64,000 bases of DNA from Chrysomallon squamiferum (Eukaryota > Animalia > Mollusca). Positions 27,391-40,800 of the stretch are shown here, one piece after another; positions within the stretch are counted from its first letter, which is position 1, and the number at the start of each line of letters is the position of its first letter. The DNA lies in contig CM022671.1 in the NCBI GenBank assembly GCA_012295275.1, positions 2,852,001 to 2,916,000 on the forward strand. Reading direction: 5' to 3'. Under the pieces are notes generated by a model that did not search any database, was not told the origin of the DNA, and saw only the letters and a program-made list of their open reading frames with translations. A program made the translations under genes and the position numbers.

Positions 27391-27799
27391 TATGCTAATT
27401 TCTAAAAAACAATTTGGAATTATTACATTTACTGTTTGTTTTTCTTCTTCTTCTTCATCTTTTTTTTTTTTATTATTATTATTTTTTTTTTTTATAGAAA
27501 TTATTTACCTTTTAGCTTTTAACATTACTCTGTAAGGCTTAACACCTTGACCATGAAAACCTCAATATTTTTTGGAAAAACACACTCTCGTTTGTAGTCT
27601 GTATAATGTACATTTATGAATTTAATTTTTTAATACTTTAATACTACATTACTTTTTAAATTGTTGTTGTTATTATTATTACCATAACAACAACAAGATA
27701 ATAATAATAATAATTTTTATTATTACTATTATTATATAGTTACAAACTGTAGCAACTTCAATGACGCCCATGAAAACTTGAACATTGTACATACATTAC

Positions 27800-28720
27800 A
27801 TTTTACACTCACGGAGTTAACTCTACGAGCTTTCTTCCGACGAACAAACTCAACTGAACAAAATACCGATCTCTGCTTCATTTCTATAACCAAAATGCAT
27901 GTATTTGCCTCCCGAAAATGGTAAGAAACCTTGATGAAAAACTACGATAAAATCTCTTGACAATTTTCGAGCAAGAGACCCCTTTCGAAAATATATTACT
28001 AGAAAGAGCAATATTTCATCTCTTTAAACACAGTGGAATTAAATCTTAAAACAAGTATACATTTTTTGCCGAACCACGTTGTAATTCATGGTTCACCTCC
28101 GAGTTACTTTTCCTAAACGAGAACCTCCTGAATTCTATTTGATGTTTCCTGTTGGTGAGCAAAATGATAATTATTTTCAAAGATGTCGATTTAACCGTAT
28201 AAATTATTAAGTGATTAAATCTGGGTTGAAATGAAATCGAGCTGCTTATGTACACATTTTCTAACGGTGTCTCCATTAAATCATCGAAATTATTTAGGCA
28301 CATCACTTCGACAAAATGTTAGTTTCAAACTCTGATGAGAGGCCTAATGCACAAAATCTGTGTGGTTTTTTAGCAGTTTATTTATGATTATGGATTCAGT
28401 AGTATTTACCTTTTTATTTGATTTTTCTCCGGTTATGGCAATGCCTTGGATGTAAATATTGGAACTGGTGATCGAATAAGTGTGGTAGATTGGTGTCTTT
28501 CGGAAAATTAAGCTTGTTATGTTTGAAACGTGGTTCAATAATACAACATACACAATAAATAATAACGGTAGGTCATTCAGTACAAATTTCCTTATTCAGT
28601 CTCTTCTTCACTTCGACATTTGCTTCAGAAAATCCGCTCTTACTTTCACTCATGCTCTCAAAAATATATTATCCAAAATCACTTCTTAAGTTTTAGCCTG
28701 GTGAAATTCAACATATACTA
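27800..28720 (-). pseudogene. Decayed coding-like sequence, possibly a BTB/BACK-domain gene relic (copies also at about 29510-30470 and, partially, 5180-5600)
   Basis: Minus-strand fragments such as EFHLAKDL..KYVFESMFEFRSGFPEA (second copy), YSITSSNIYI and MCLNNFDDLMETPLE weakly resemble BTB (VFxxMF..F.EA; IT..N) and BACK (NF..L..T) patterns, with many stops and frameshifts. Confidence 0.3.
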
Positions 28721-28786
28721 CATGTAAGTACTATCAAGATATAATTCATTATCCTTTCATATTTGTGTCTGTGTTATTATTATAGA

Positions 28787-28851
28787 CTGTAAATTGTGTT
28801 GAGCCCCCCTCTAAGGAGAAAAGGGCACTCAACAAGTCTCCTTATTATTAC
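28787..28851 (+). mobile_element. 3' end of an L2/CR1-type LINE or related SINE
   Basis: ctgtaaattgtgttgag...gaaaagggcactcaacaagtctcccttattatta: a stem-loop (gttgag/ctcaac) followed by a (TTA)n tail, typical of L2/CR1 3' ends. Confidence 0.4.
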
Positions 28852-30974
28852 CTAGACTTTACAGGCAGTAAACAGCAATTTGTAAAAAGAAGAAAAGAAG
28901 AATTACCGCGCCGCTACCACCACAATTAACATTTCAGATTTTCTAATTTCTCCAATCTAAATGTATTTTTTTTTTTTTTTTTTTTTTATAGAAATTATTT
29001 ACCTTTTAGCTTTTAACATTACTCTGTAAGGCTTAACACCTTGACCATGAAAACCTCAATATTTTTTGGAAAAACACACTAGTTTGTAGTCTGTATAATG
29101 TACATTTATGAATTTAATTTTTTAATACTTTAATACTACATTACTTTTTAAATTGTTGTTGTTATTATTATTACCATAACAACAACAAGATAATAATAAT
29201 AATTTTTATTATTACTATTATTATATAGTTACAAACTGTAGCAACTTCAATGACGTCCATGAAAACTTGATTGCCCCCCCCACAGAGGAACGTTCCAGTC
29301 AGCGAGAGGCAGATTCGTAATATTCGAAAGTTGTTTATTATAGGTCCTGTCTCTACTATGTTAAAAAATGGAAAATCTGAAGTCTTATCGCACAAATGTT
29401 ACATTGTACTGTGGGAAAAATAAAAAAATAAAAAATAAAATGCTTTAACTCTTCATCGGGTTAGTCGTCCCCTCGCTATAAATCTTTGATCGTGTATTGT
29501 GAACACTGAACATGCATTACTTTTTACACTCACGGAGTTAACTCTACGAGCTTTCTTCCGACAAACAAACCCAACTGAACAAAATACCGATCTCTGCTTC
29601 ATTTATATAACCAAAATGCATGTATTTGCCTCCCGAAAATGGTAAGAAACCTTGATGAAAAATTTCGATAAAATCTCTTGACAATTTTCGAGCAAGAGAC
29701 CCGTTTCAAAAATATATTACTAGAAAGAGCAACATTTCATCTCTTTAAAGACACTGGAATTAAATCTTAAAACAAGTACACGTTTTTTGCTGAACCACGT
29801 TGTAATTCATGGTTCACCTCCGAGTAAGAAAGACTGATTATGTTACTTTTCCTAAACGAGAACCTCCTGAATTCTATTTGATGTTTCTTGTTGGTGAGCA
29901 AAATGAATTTTTTTTTCAAAGATGTCGATTTAACCGTATAAATTATTAAGTGATTAAATCTGGGTTGAAATGAAATCGAGCTGCTTATGTACACATTTTC
30001 TAACGGTGTCTCCATTAAATCATCGAAATTATTTAGGCACATCACTTCTCGACAAAATGTTAGTTTCAAACTGTGATGAGAGGCCTAATGCACAAAATCT
30101 GTAATTTGTTTTTTTTTTTTTTTTTAGTAGTTTATTTATGATTATGGATTCAGTAGTATTTACCCTTTTATTTGATTTTTCTCCGGTTATGGCAATGCCT
30201 TCGATATAAATATTGGAACTGGTGATCGAATAAGTGTGGTATATTGGTGTCCGTCGGAAAAATTAAGCTTGTTATGTTTGAAACGTGGTTCAGTAATACA
30301 ACATACACAATACAAAATAACGGTAGGTGATTCAGTACAAATTTCCTTATTGAATTTCTTCTTCAGTTTGACACTGGCTTCAGGAAATCCGCTCCTAAAT
30401 TCAAACATGCTCTCAAAAACATATTTTCATAAGTCAGTTTTTAAATCTTTAGCCAGATGAAATTCAGCTACATATCGCTCACATTCACGTCACCATATAC
30501 ATATAATTAATGACCCATTCAGTTTTTGTCCATGTGTTCTTAAACTGCAATTTACAAAAAGAAAAAAGATGAACCACCTTCCAAAATTTAACATACAGAT
30601 TTTCTAATTTATTCTTTCTAAATGTGTTTCACATCTAGAACTTTTCACTCTGATTAATGTGGTATAAAAACTGTTTGTAGTACAAGCAGAACGAGTTAAG
30701 AATTTTCGCAGAATTAATTTTTTAAAATATGAATGGTCAAGAGCAAATGAATGATTTTGCCGACTTTGTCTTCACATATCAATGTAAATTCTTTTCAGAG
30801 CAATGAATAATTACAACACAAAGTATGATATATTATGAAATAAGCTGGGTTAAAGACAATTTCGCTTCAGAAAGATACCTTAAAAAGTTAGATTTATTGA
30901 AAATGGTAAATATATATATATACACCATTTTCTATATAAACAAACAAATCTAATAACAATAACAACTGTGGAAA

Positions 30975-33900
30975 TATCCGAATGGTAAGTTCGATTTATC
31001 CCAACCCGCCACAGGATACAAATATATATAATTACAGTAAACGAGTCAAATTTGTATTTCGAAAACAGAAAATCACTTTGGAATACCTTTTGTTATGCGA
31101 AGATGAAAATTAATAACTAATTTAATTTCTTCGTGGACTATTTGTTTGAACTGGAATTGCGACTAATCAGGATTCTGGCATAATTAAGTCATGGATATTT
31201 CAGTGCAGGTACACTGCTAGAAAAGTTTCACAAAAGATTATGAAAAAGTAGTTATTATACATAATGAAAATGAAAGTAAGTATTCACGCTAAGCCAAAAA
31301 TAGCCTTTCCGGTTAAATCCTATCTTTAACAAGAAACTATACACTTCCTGGAAAATATATTGCCTCATATTTCCTTATATGGTATTTGAAAAATATAATC
31401 CAATCATATGTTCACATCACACAGTGGGCTGATATATAAGGACTTGCGCATATACTTCACATTTCGTCAGAATGCATCTGTCGCAGGCGTGCTTCTCAAC
31501 AACTTGTTATGATTAGCACGTTAATTTTACAGCTTACTTCAGTTCTTCAAAGAGAAAGTAGATGAGAAAACTCTGGTTTTCAAATGAAGAGCAAATTAAA
31601 TTTTAACCAAGCGAGGTAGGAATCTATTTATCTTTTTATTTCTGTCTAATTTAAGTTTTATTAGATTACCATCTCGTGAATGTTTAAGGCCTTTATCAAA
31701 CGATTTAAATTCCACATAATGGCTGAAAAACAGTACAATTAAAATATCATATATTACAAAATTCTTTTAAACATATGCACTTATATTTTAAAGATATATA
31801 TATGTATATATTTGCTTATTTACATTATGCTTTATGTTGAATAGCTTTTATTTAGATTCGTGACAAAAACCGTACTTTGCGCTATCACCCGAGTGTACCC
31901 AAGTCCGTGCTCCTTGTATCTAGCTGATGTGCACAACCTCAAAAATTATGTTGTTGTTTTCCAGAACAAAACCTTTTTTGTGACATAGTATGTACATATA
32001 TCTCCACTGGTTCGATTCTTAATTGTCGCTTTTGCTTTTCTGAAAGTGTTTTGAATAAATCTTTTAATATATCCAGGCGAAAAAACGTGAGATTATATTT
32101 CACTTATGTAAGTAGTGTGAAACGTAGAACAGGTATATGTCACTTTGTGCAAAATATCCTCTATACGTCGACCACAACAAATTTTCAAGCTTCAGTGAAA
32201 ATCATTTGGCATTATGGTCTGTAAACAAAGAGTTATCGCCAAGTCACATTGTCAAATACTTCTGTTTGATTGGTTTATTTGTATTCTACTTCAGTGGAAT
32301 AAATGTTTATCTGTATAAAATTAATTAGTTACAGCTTCAGGTAACTTATAATTTTGTTCAACCTGATGTCCTGAAAATTCCATACGGTCATCTTGCTTTC
32401 TAAGGAAGATAAAACGATTTAATGAACTTCTATCATAGTATTTGTTTCAATAAAGCTTGAAGAAATGGACTGAAATAGAATTTCTGGGATGTAAAATTAC
32501 CATAATTCCCTGACATTTTACCTTCTTGTTATTGGTATCATTATAATGGTGTTTCATGTTCTTTAATAATTTTAATTAGGGGTTGTCTTTTTCTTCTTTT
32601 ATTTATTTATTTTTAATTTTTTGTTTCGATCATGTTCCTATTTTATAGCTTTAAAGTTATGGCTGGTGTCTTATAAATACTTTGAAATACAATTGAAATC
32701 ATACTGATTTCAGATATCAAATACTCTTTGATTTACGTATTCCGATATGAAAAACAAGAAAATAAATGAAACAAACACAGAATCCACCAATGAGCTTATC
32801 ATTGGTGATAATTTGTCTTAGCTGGTAGACTGAAGGGAGTTAACAATAATATATGCTGGACAAAATCAAAGAGAATATAAGAAACTTAAACTCTGTCAGA
32901 ATGAGCGTGCAGTTTGGTGATTGTGTCTGTATCTGGAAAGGTTAAGAAGGGCCCAATAGTAATAACGCTATCACTTATTTCTAATCTGCCTATTCAGCAA
33001 CATGAATAATGCTCAAAGACTCATCACTCATGCATGTGCAGAACTGCATGACAACTGTACTTTTATTTTACTCAGGGTGTACTGAATATAGTGTCAATTT
33101 ATACAAATATCATCAAAAATAAGTATATAATCATTGTTTAGAAGATGAACGAATGGCCTTCACCCCATACATCTCAGATAATATGTGCTATGAGTTTATT
33201 GTGACTTGAGGGTGACACATTTTATTTTGCATCTAAATCACTGTCGTCGCAGTGTCACCTGACTCATTTTAATGAAAGCAATTTCTGGATTTTAATATAT
33301 GGAAATTTATCTGACTGGTAAGTTCGATTTATCCCAACCCGCCACAGGATAAAAAATATTTCCATTTGGAATATATTTTGTTATACCAAGATGATAATTA
33401 ATTTAATTTCTTCGTGGACTATTTGTTAGAACTGGAATTGCGACGTATCGGGCTTCTGGCACAATTAAGTGTTTATATATATGAACAGTCATGATATTTC
33501 AGTGCAGGTACATTGCTAGGAAACTTTCACAAAAGATTATGAAAAAGTAATTATGCAAAATGAAAATGAAAGTAAAAATCCACGCTAAGTCAAAAATAGC
33601 CTTTCCGGTTAAAATCTATCTTTAACAAGAAACTATACACTTCCTGGAAAATATATTGCCTATTTCCTTATATGGTATTTGAAAAATATAATCCAATCAT
33701 TATGTTTCTTCTGCATCATATGTTAACATCACCCAGAGCGCTGATCTACAAGGACTTGCGCATATCCTTCACATTTCGTCAGAATGCATCTGTCGCAGGC
33801 GTGCTTCTCAACAACTTGTTATGATTAGCACGTTAATTTTACAGCTTACTTCAGTTCTTCAAAGAGAAAGTAGATGGGAAAACTCTGGTTTCCAAATGAA

Positions 33901-35625
33901 CAGCAAATTAAGTTTTAACCAAGCGAGGTAGGAATCTATTTATCTTTTTATTTCTGTCTAACTTAAGTATTATTAGATTACCATCTCGTGAATGTTTAAG
34001 GCTTTTATCAAACGATTTAAATTCCACATAATGGCTGAAAAACAGTACAATTAAAATATCATATATTACAAAATTCTTTTAAACATATGCACTTATATTT
34101 TAAAGATATATATGTATATATTTGCTTATTTACATTATGCTTTATGTTGAATAGCTTTTATTTAGATTCGTGACAAAACCGTACTTTCTGCTATCACCCG
34201 AGTGTACCCTAGTCCGTGCTCCTTGTATCTAGCTGATGTGCACAACATCAAAACTTATGTTGTTGTTTTCCAGAACAAAACCTTTTTTGTGACATAGTAT
34301 GTACATATATCTCCACTGGTTCGATTTTGAATTTTCTCTTTTGCTTTTCTGAAAGTGTTTTTAATAAATCTTTTAATATATTCAGGCGAAAAAACGTGAG
34401 GAATATATTTCACTTCTATAAGCAGTGTGAAATGTAGAACAGGTATATGTCACTTTGTGCAAAATATCCTCTAAACGTCGACCACAACAAATTTTCAAGC
34501 TTCGGTGAAAATCATGTGGCATTTTGGTCTGTAAATAAAAGAGTTATCGCCAAGTCACGTGGTCAAATACCTCTATTTGATTGGTTTATTTGTATTCTAC
34601 TTCAGTGGAATAAATGTTTATCGGTATAAAATTAATTAGTTACAGCTTTAGGTAACTTATAATTTTATTTAACCTGATATCCTGAAAATTCCATACAATC
34701 ATCTTGCTTTCTAAGGAAGATAAAACGATTTAATGAACTTCTATCATAGTATTTGTTTCAATAAAGCTTGAAGCCATGGACTGAAATGAAATTTCTGGTA
34801 TGTAAAATTACCATAATTCCCTGACAATTTATTGTCGTGTTATTGGTATCATTATAATGGTGTTTCATGTTCTTTAATAATTTTAATTAGGGGTTGTCTT
34901 TTTCTTCTTTTATTTATTTATTTTTAATTTTTTTGTTTTGATCATGTTCCTATTTTATAGCTTTAAAGTTGTGGCTGGTGTCTTATAAATACTTTGAAAT
35001 ACAATTGAAATGATACTGATTTCAGTAAATGAATACTCTTTGATTTACATATTCCAATATAAAAAATAAGAAAATAAATGAAACAAACACAGAATCCACC
35101 AATGAGCTTATCGTTGGTGATAATTTGTCTCAGCTGGTAGATTGAAGGGAATTAACAATAATATATGCTGGACAAAATCAAAGAGAATATAAGAAACTTA
35201 AACTCTGTAATGTCAGAATGAGTGTGCAGTTTGGTGTATGTGTCTGCATCTGGAAAGGTTAAGAAGGGCCCAATAGTAATAAAGCTATCACTTATTTCTG
35301 ACCTGCCTATTCAGCAACATGCATAATGCTCAAAGACTCATCAGTCATGCATGTGCGGAACTGCATGACAACTGTACTTTTATTTTACTCAGGGTGTACT
35401 GAATATAGTGTCAATTTAAACAAATATCGTAAAAAAATAAGTATATAATCATTGTTTAGAAGATGAACGAATGGCCTTCACCCCATACATCTCAGATAAT
35501 ATGTGCTATGAGTTTATTGTGACTTGAGGGTGACACATTTTATTTTGCATCTAAATCACTGTCGTCGCAGTGTCACCTGACTCATTTTAATGAAAGCAAT
35601 TTCTGGATTTTAATATATGGAAAGT
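30975..35625. repeat. Recent tandem duplication, 2 x about 2.33 kb, of the 5' region of paralog B
   Basis: Anchor tggtaagttcgatttatcccaacccgccacaggata at 30983 and 33316 (offset 2333). Both units end in ...ttctggattttaatatatggaaa and are highly similar throughout. Confidence 0.95.
31266..31439 (+). promoter_or_regulatory. ISRE/IRF-E-like (GAAAATGAAAGT, 31266-31277), GAS/STAT-like (TTCCTGGAA, 31345-31353), CCAAT (31400-31404) and TATA-like (TATATAA, 31433-31439) cluster
   Basis: Consensus matches in promoter-like order ahead of a donor GAG|gtagga after 31615. The duplicate has the ISRE at 33562-33573 and the GAS at 33641-33649 but its TATA is altered to TCTACAA. Confidence 0.45.
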
Positions 35626-36550
35626 TATTTGAAAGGGCAATTGGTTTGGATCATGTATCAGTAAGATCACTAATGTCATCTACCCAGGTGCCAGAAACAT
35701 TCTGATATGATATATTCCTCTTTCATAATAGTGGTTCTGAAAGTGAGTTGAGGATTCTGGCTTATGTGACATACGTGCAGTTAAACTAGTTGTTGAATCT
35801 GATATTTGAATGATGGATAGGAACTGTGCCATGGCACCACATTATGCAGCTTTTTGTTATTAAAATACTGCATTACTGAAAGACAAGAAACAGCAAACCT
35901 TACGAAGTCCTATTATGAGCTATTATAGGTCACTGCAACACTCACAGATTTTCATCCTAAACTTGATAATCAGTTTTGAAAGTGCAGCAATTCAGGCAGT
36001 GAAAACTGTATTTGGTGAGGATTGCTTCTATTATCTTAATACTCAATCACATGACAAAAAATACAAGAATAAGGATGCAGTTTCTGTAAAGTTTTGCTAT
36101 GCTAGAACTAATTATTTGACAGATTATTTATATTGAACTTAACTGAATGAACACTATAGAAATGAAATAAAACAGAGTCAGATGCATTTCTGATATTTTT
36201 CAACCAGATGTCTGGAGTATGTCACTCTCAGGGGTTATCCAGCACCAACAACCAGTGCAATGGATTGAACAACAAATGTTTATCACTTGTTAGTCATCAT
36301 GATCAACCAGTTTTTAAGGTTATAAAGAGTCTGAAACTGCAGAAAATAATGGTTGTAAACATAGTTTGTACACCATGCATAATGCAATTTTCAATCACAA
36401 AAGAGAAGACAAGTACAAGTACAGCTACAAATCAGGCTACAGAACCTTTGTACTGATTACAATACCAAATACAGTATACTTGAGGACTTTCTCAGGGCTG
36501 TTGGCCACAACATGATTGAGAGTCTATGATGTGATTCTGAATCTTAAATG
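35000..36550 (+). mobile_element. Decayed Mutator-like (MULE) transposase in the 5' intron region of B
   Basis: Fragments FLFHNSGSE..LRIL, I*MMD, SFESAAIQAVKTVFGE.CFYYL and STNNQCNGLNNK; homologous to 3270-3640/4660-4870. Confidence 0.6.
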
Positions 36551-37856
36551 ATCAACAGTTCCTTAATCAATCATTTTCTTGCTGTTTTGAACATTACTGG
36601 AGAGATGAAACCCACAACTGTATTATAGAGTTATACCACTGATAAGCAGTAAGAGGTTGTTTAGATAGTATTCTGACAAACAAATTATGGGTCTCTGTGA
36701 AATTATGGAAACATCCTATTGCAGACGTGCTTCTATCTTCTGGCAAGCTCTCCAATTTCTGATCAAAGTGCCATGACTGACATTGTCAGGAGTGTTTACT
36801 GACATAGTTAAAAAATTCTGCGACGGACATGCCCACTGACCTGTCAGAAAGTGTGCCTGTCATAGACGTGCTTCACAACAGCTTGCTCTGATTAGCACGT
36901 TAATTTTTTTTCATTCATTCATTCACATAGTTAATATTATTTTTACTTACATACATTTTATCTCTGGCACCATTACTGCACACTTGGCAGTCAGTAGATA
37001 TTGAGAAACCTTTTTGTAAATCAGATCTAAAAACTGAAAGCACAACTGCTGTAAAAATTCATGAATTTTTATTTTGTACTTTATCAAATATTTGTTATAG
37101 TTGTTTCTGTCTAATATACTTCAGTATGGGTATCATTACTCCAGAATTCTCAGATGATTACACAAGTTAAAAGATTTTTCCCTCCCTGCAAGTGAGATTA
37201 TTTTCATCACTTTGTATATGTAATATAGTTGTTCACTAAAGGTAAATACTAACAGCCTTTTATTTATTTTTTTTTTTTTTTTTAAAAACAAAAATCTAAT
37301 TTTATTTAGAAGGCTACAACAATTTACTCATCAAAACCATTCCACTTATAAAACTGGTAAGTCTATGCTACAAGAATGTCATTTCCAATAAATTAATGTT
37401 TTATTTTTTATTTTAATGATTAATGATTAATTTTTAATTAATTAATTAATTAATTAATTTATTTATTTATCATCTTCTGTATCTTCTTTAGAAACACACA
37501 GGCTGCACAATTAATATAGCACTTTTACTACTGGGTTTTGTACAACCATGTTACATTATAATTAAAGCTGGATTGTAAAAAAATAAAATACAGCAACAAC
37601 TATTACCATTGCTACTATAACCAGTGATACAAATTCTGCTACAATAACGTCTATATTGCACCTTTCACTTCAACCAATAACTGCTAGCACCAAAACTGGT
37701 TACTACTAACATTACTGCTATTATTATTGTTACTGTTAGTACTACTACTACTAACATTATGACTATTTCTATTGTATTTATTATTACCAGATGGATGATC
37801 TAGCCTGAAGACTGAATCTAATTTGAAAATGTTATGAAGGATTAACAGATGTTATC

Positions 37857-40800
37857 ATGGCGGTATGTTTCCCTAAAGTACTTTTTAATGATGCAATACA
37901 TCTATGTTGAGAATTTTACTCTTTGTAGGCAATTATTTGGCATCTTAAAAAAGAAAGAAAAAAGATTTTTGTTAATGTTAAAATTCTACATAAAATGAAA
38001 TCAGTTCTGAATATTGCCTAGATAACTATATAGCAGTCTTTCACTATTCATAAAAATACAGAATTGTATATATACACTTTACAACAACATATTTGCAGTG
38101 AATTAATACATGTGTTAATACAATATTTCCATCAAAACTGTAACTATATCTTCAAGAATATCTCCTCCACCATAATAAATAACTTCTAACAAGTTCTGTG
38201 GCTCAAACAGTGGGTGACTGATTGCTTCAGAATGGTCTTTGCAATATGCAAAAATTTTCAAGGAAATGTTTGACAAATTACATTTCTGTTTACGATGCAT
38301 GGGGGAATTTTCATAAATATGATTTTGTTAACACTTCTTTGAAAAATAAAAAATAAACTTTTCTTTATAGGTTAATAACACTACTGAAGAAAAGACAATA
38401 GACCAGTTAGCAGTTTTGGATGTGGGTAGTAATTTCATACATATATCTTGGATAAAAACTAGAACCATTGATATTGAGAAATATGAAATCAGTTACAAAA
38501 ATGATGTGGATAGTGAATGGCATAAACAAGATGCATTTTCAGACTCCATTCGATTAGAGAATCTTCAATCAGATAAGCTGTATGAAATTAGTGTTAGAGC
38601 AATATGTACAGATTATGAGACAAATTCTTTTGAAAATACATTTTTTGTTTCAACTGTTAAAGAGAAAAATTCATCAACTAATGTAAACCAGACACATTTC
38701 TCAGCAGAAAAAACAACAGAACAAATAATGATGCCCAATCCTGAAACAGCATGGTCAAAATATCCACTCAACTCATCTTACAACACAGCAACTGGTTTTA
38801 CCAAAGACACTGGAAAGGAGTTCAAAGTTCGAGCACACTTTGAAGAAGGGGAAAGTCACTTTAGTGAGAAGAGTGATCCTATTGTGAGAAAATCAACTGA
38901 CTCAAGACAACCAGGAAAACCAGTGGTTGGAGATACTGGATGTGACTATATATCTATCAGCTGGGATAAACCACAAAAGGATGGTGTCAGTTATTATGAA
39001 ATTAAAATGAAACTCACCTCTGAGACAGCATGGTCAAAAATTCCACTCTTTACAGATGACAACTCTACTTGTAAGACAATATCTGGTCTTACACAGGACA
39101 CTGCATATGAGTTCAAAGTTCGAGCACACTTTGAAGAAGAGGAAGGTCCCTTTAGTGAGAAGAGTGATCCTATTGTAACAAAACCAATGGCTATGAAATC
39201 AGCTGACTCAAGACAACCAGGAAAACCAGTGTTTGAAGATATTGGCTGTGACTATATATCTATCATCTGGGATAAACCACAAGATGATGGTGTCAGTTAT
39301 TATGAAATCAAAATGAAACTCACCTCTGAGACAGCATGGTCAAAATTTCCACTCTTTACAGATGACAACTCCACTTGTAAGACAATAACTGATCTTACAA
39401 AGGACACTGCATATGAGTTCAAAGTTCGAGCACACTTTGAAGAAGAGGAAGGTCCCTTTAGTGAGAAGAGTGATCCTATTGTAACAAAACCAATGGCTAT
39501 GACATCAAGTGACTCAAGACAACCAGGAAAACCAGTGGTTGAAGATATTAGTTGTGACTATATATCTATCAGCTGGGATAAACCACAAAAGGATGGTGTC
39601 AGTTATTATGAAATCAAAATGAAACTCATCTCTGAAACAACATGGTCAAAATTTCCACTCTTTACAGATGACAACTCTACTTGTAAGACAATAACTGATC
39701 TTACAAAGGATACTGCATATGAGTTCAAAGTTCGAGCACACTTTGAAGAAGAGGCAGGTCCCTTTAGTGAGAAGAGTGATCCTATTGTAACAAAATCAAT
39801 GGCTATGACATCAAGTGACTCAAGACAACCAGGAAAACCAGTGGTTGAAGATATTAGTTGTGACTATATATCTATCAGCTGGGATAAACCACAAAAGGAT
39901 GGTGTCAGTTATTATGAAATCAAAATGAAACTCATCTCTGAAACAACATGGTCAAAATTTCCACTCTTTACAGATGACAACTCCACTTGTAAGACAATAA
40001 CTGATCTTACAAAGGACACTGCATACGAGTTCAAAGTTCGAGCACACTTTGAAGAAGAGGAAGGTCCCTTTAGTGAGAAGAGTGATCCTATTGTAACAAA
40101 ATCAATGGTTATGACATCAACTGACTTGAGACAACCAGGAAAACCAATGGTTGAAGATATTGGCTCTGACTATATATCTATCAGCTGGGATAAACCACAA
40201 AATGATGAGGTCAGTTATTATGAAATCAAAATGAAACTTGCCTCTGAAACAGCATGGTCAAAAATTCCATTCATTACAGATGACAACTCCACTTGTAAGA
40301 CAATAACTGATCTTACAAAGGACACTGCATATGAGTTCAAAGTCCGAGCACACTTTGAAGAAGAAGCAGGTCCTTTTAGTGAGAAGAGTGATTCTTTTGT
40401 AACAAAATCATCAGCAACAGCAGAATCACAAGATAAATCTGGAAAGCCAAAAGCAGTGGAAACTGGAGCTGACTTTGTAGTTCTTAGCTGGGATATACCA
40501 GTAAACAAAAATGTCACCCATTACGAGATTAAAACAAAATATTTTGAAAATTCAGAATGGTCCAGAGTGCCTATATTTACAGAAAATGATAGCCCTTTAT
40601 ATCGAGTATCTGGTCTTGAACCTTCTACACAATACCAGTTCAAGGTGAGGGCACATTATGGTGATAAAGAAGGTAAATATAGTGACAGTAGTGCTCTTAT
40701 TACAACCTTGAATAACAAATATCAAAATGAAAACAGAGAGTTTGACAAAGTCAGCAAAGCATCTGCTACAGGGAGTGTGTCCACAAAGGATGAACAAGGT

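Larger units (their letters stand above)
27490..30480. repeat. Tandem duplication with about 1.5-kb unit (starts about 27490 and 28985; second copy has an extra insert at about 29270-29500)
   Basis: The first ~290 bp of each unit are almost identical (tttatagaaattatt..ccatgaaaacttga); later parts align with scattered substitutions. ORFs 28046-28306 and 29767-30069 are copies of each other. Confidence 0.92.

Noticed and set aside
31585-37800. Longer coding N-terminus for B via exons ending at 31615 and 37310-37356
   Set aside because: Joining them to the exon at 37791 meets a stop within three codons; at most a uORF or UTR exons.
38899-40428. Regular repeats as a CRISPR-like or satellite array, or as a titin/twitchin fragment
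   Set aside because: They are in-frame FN3 coding repeats without spacers, spliced to a GTPase; no Ig or kinase domains are present.
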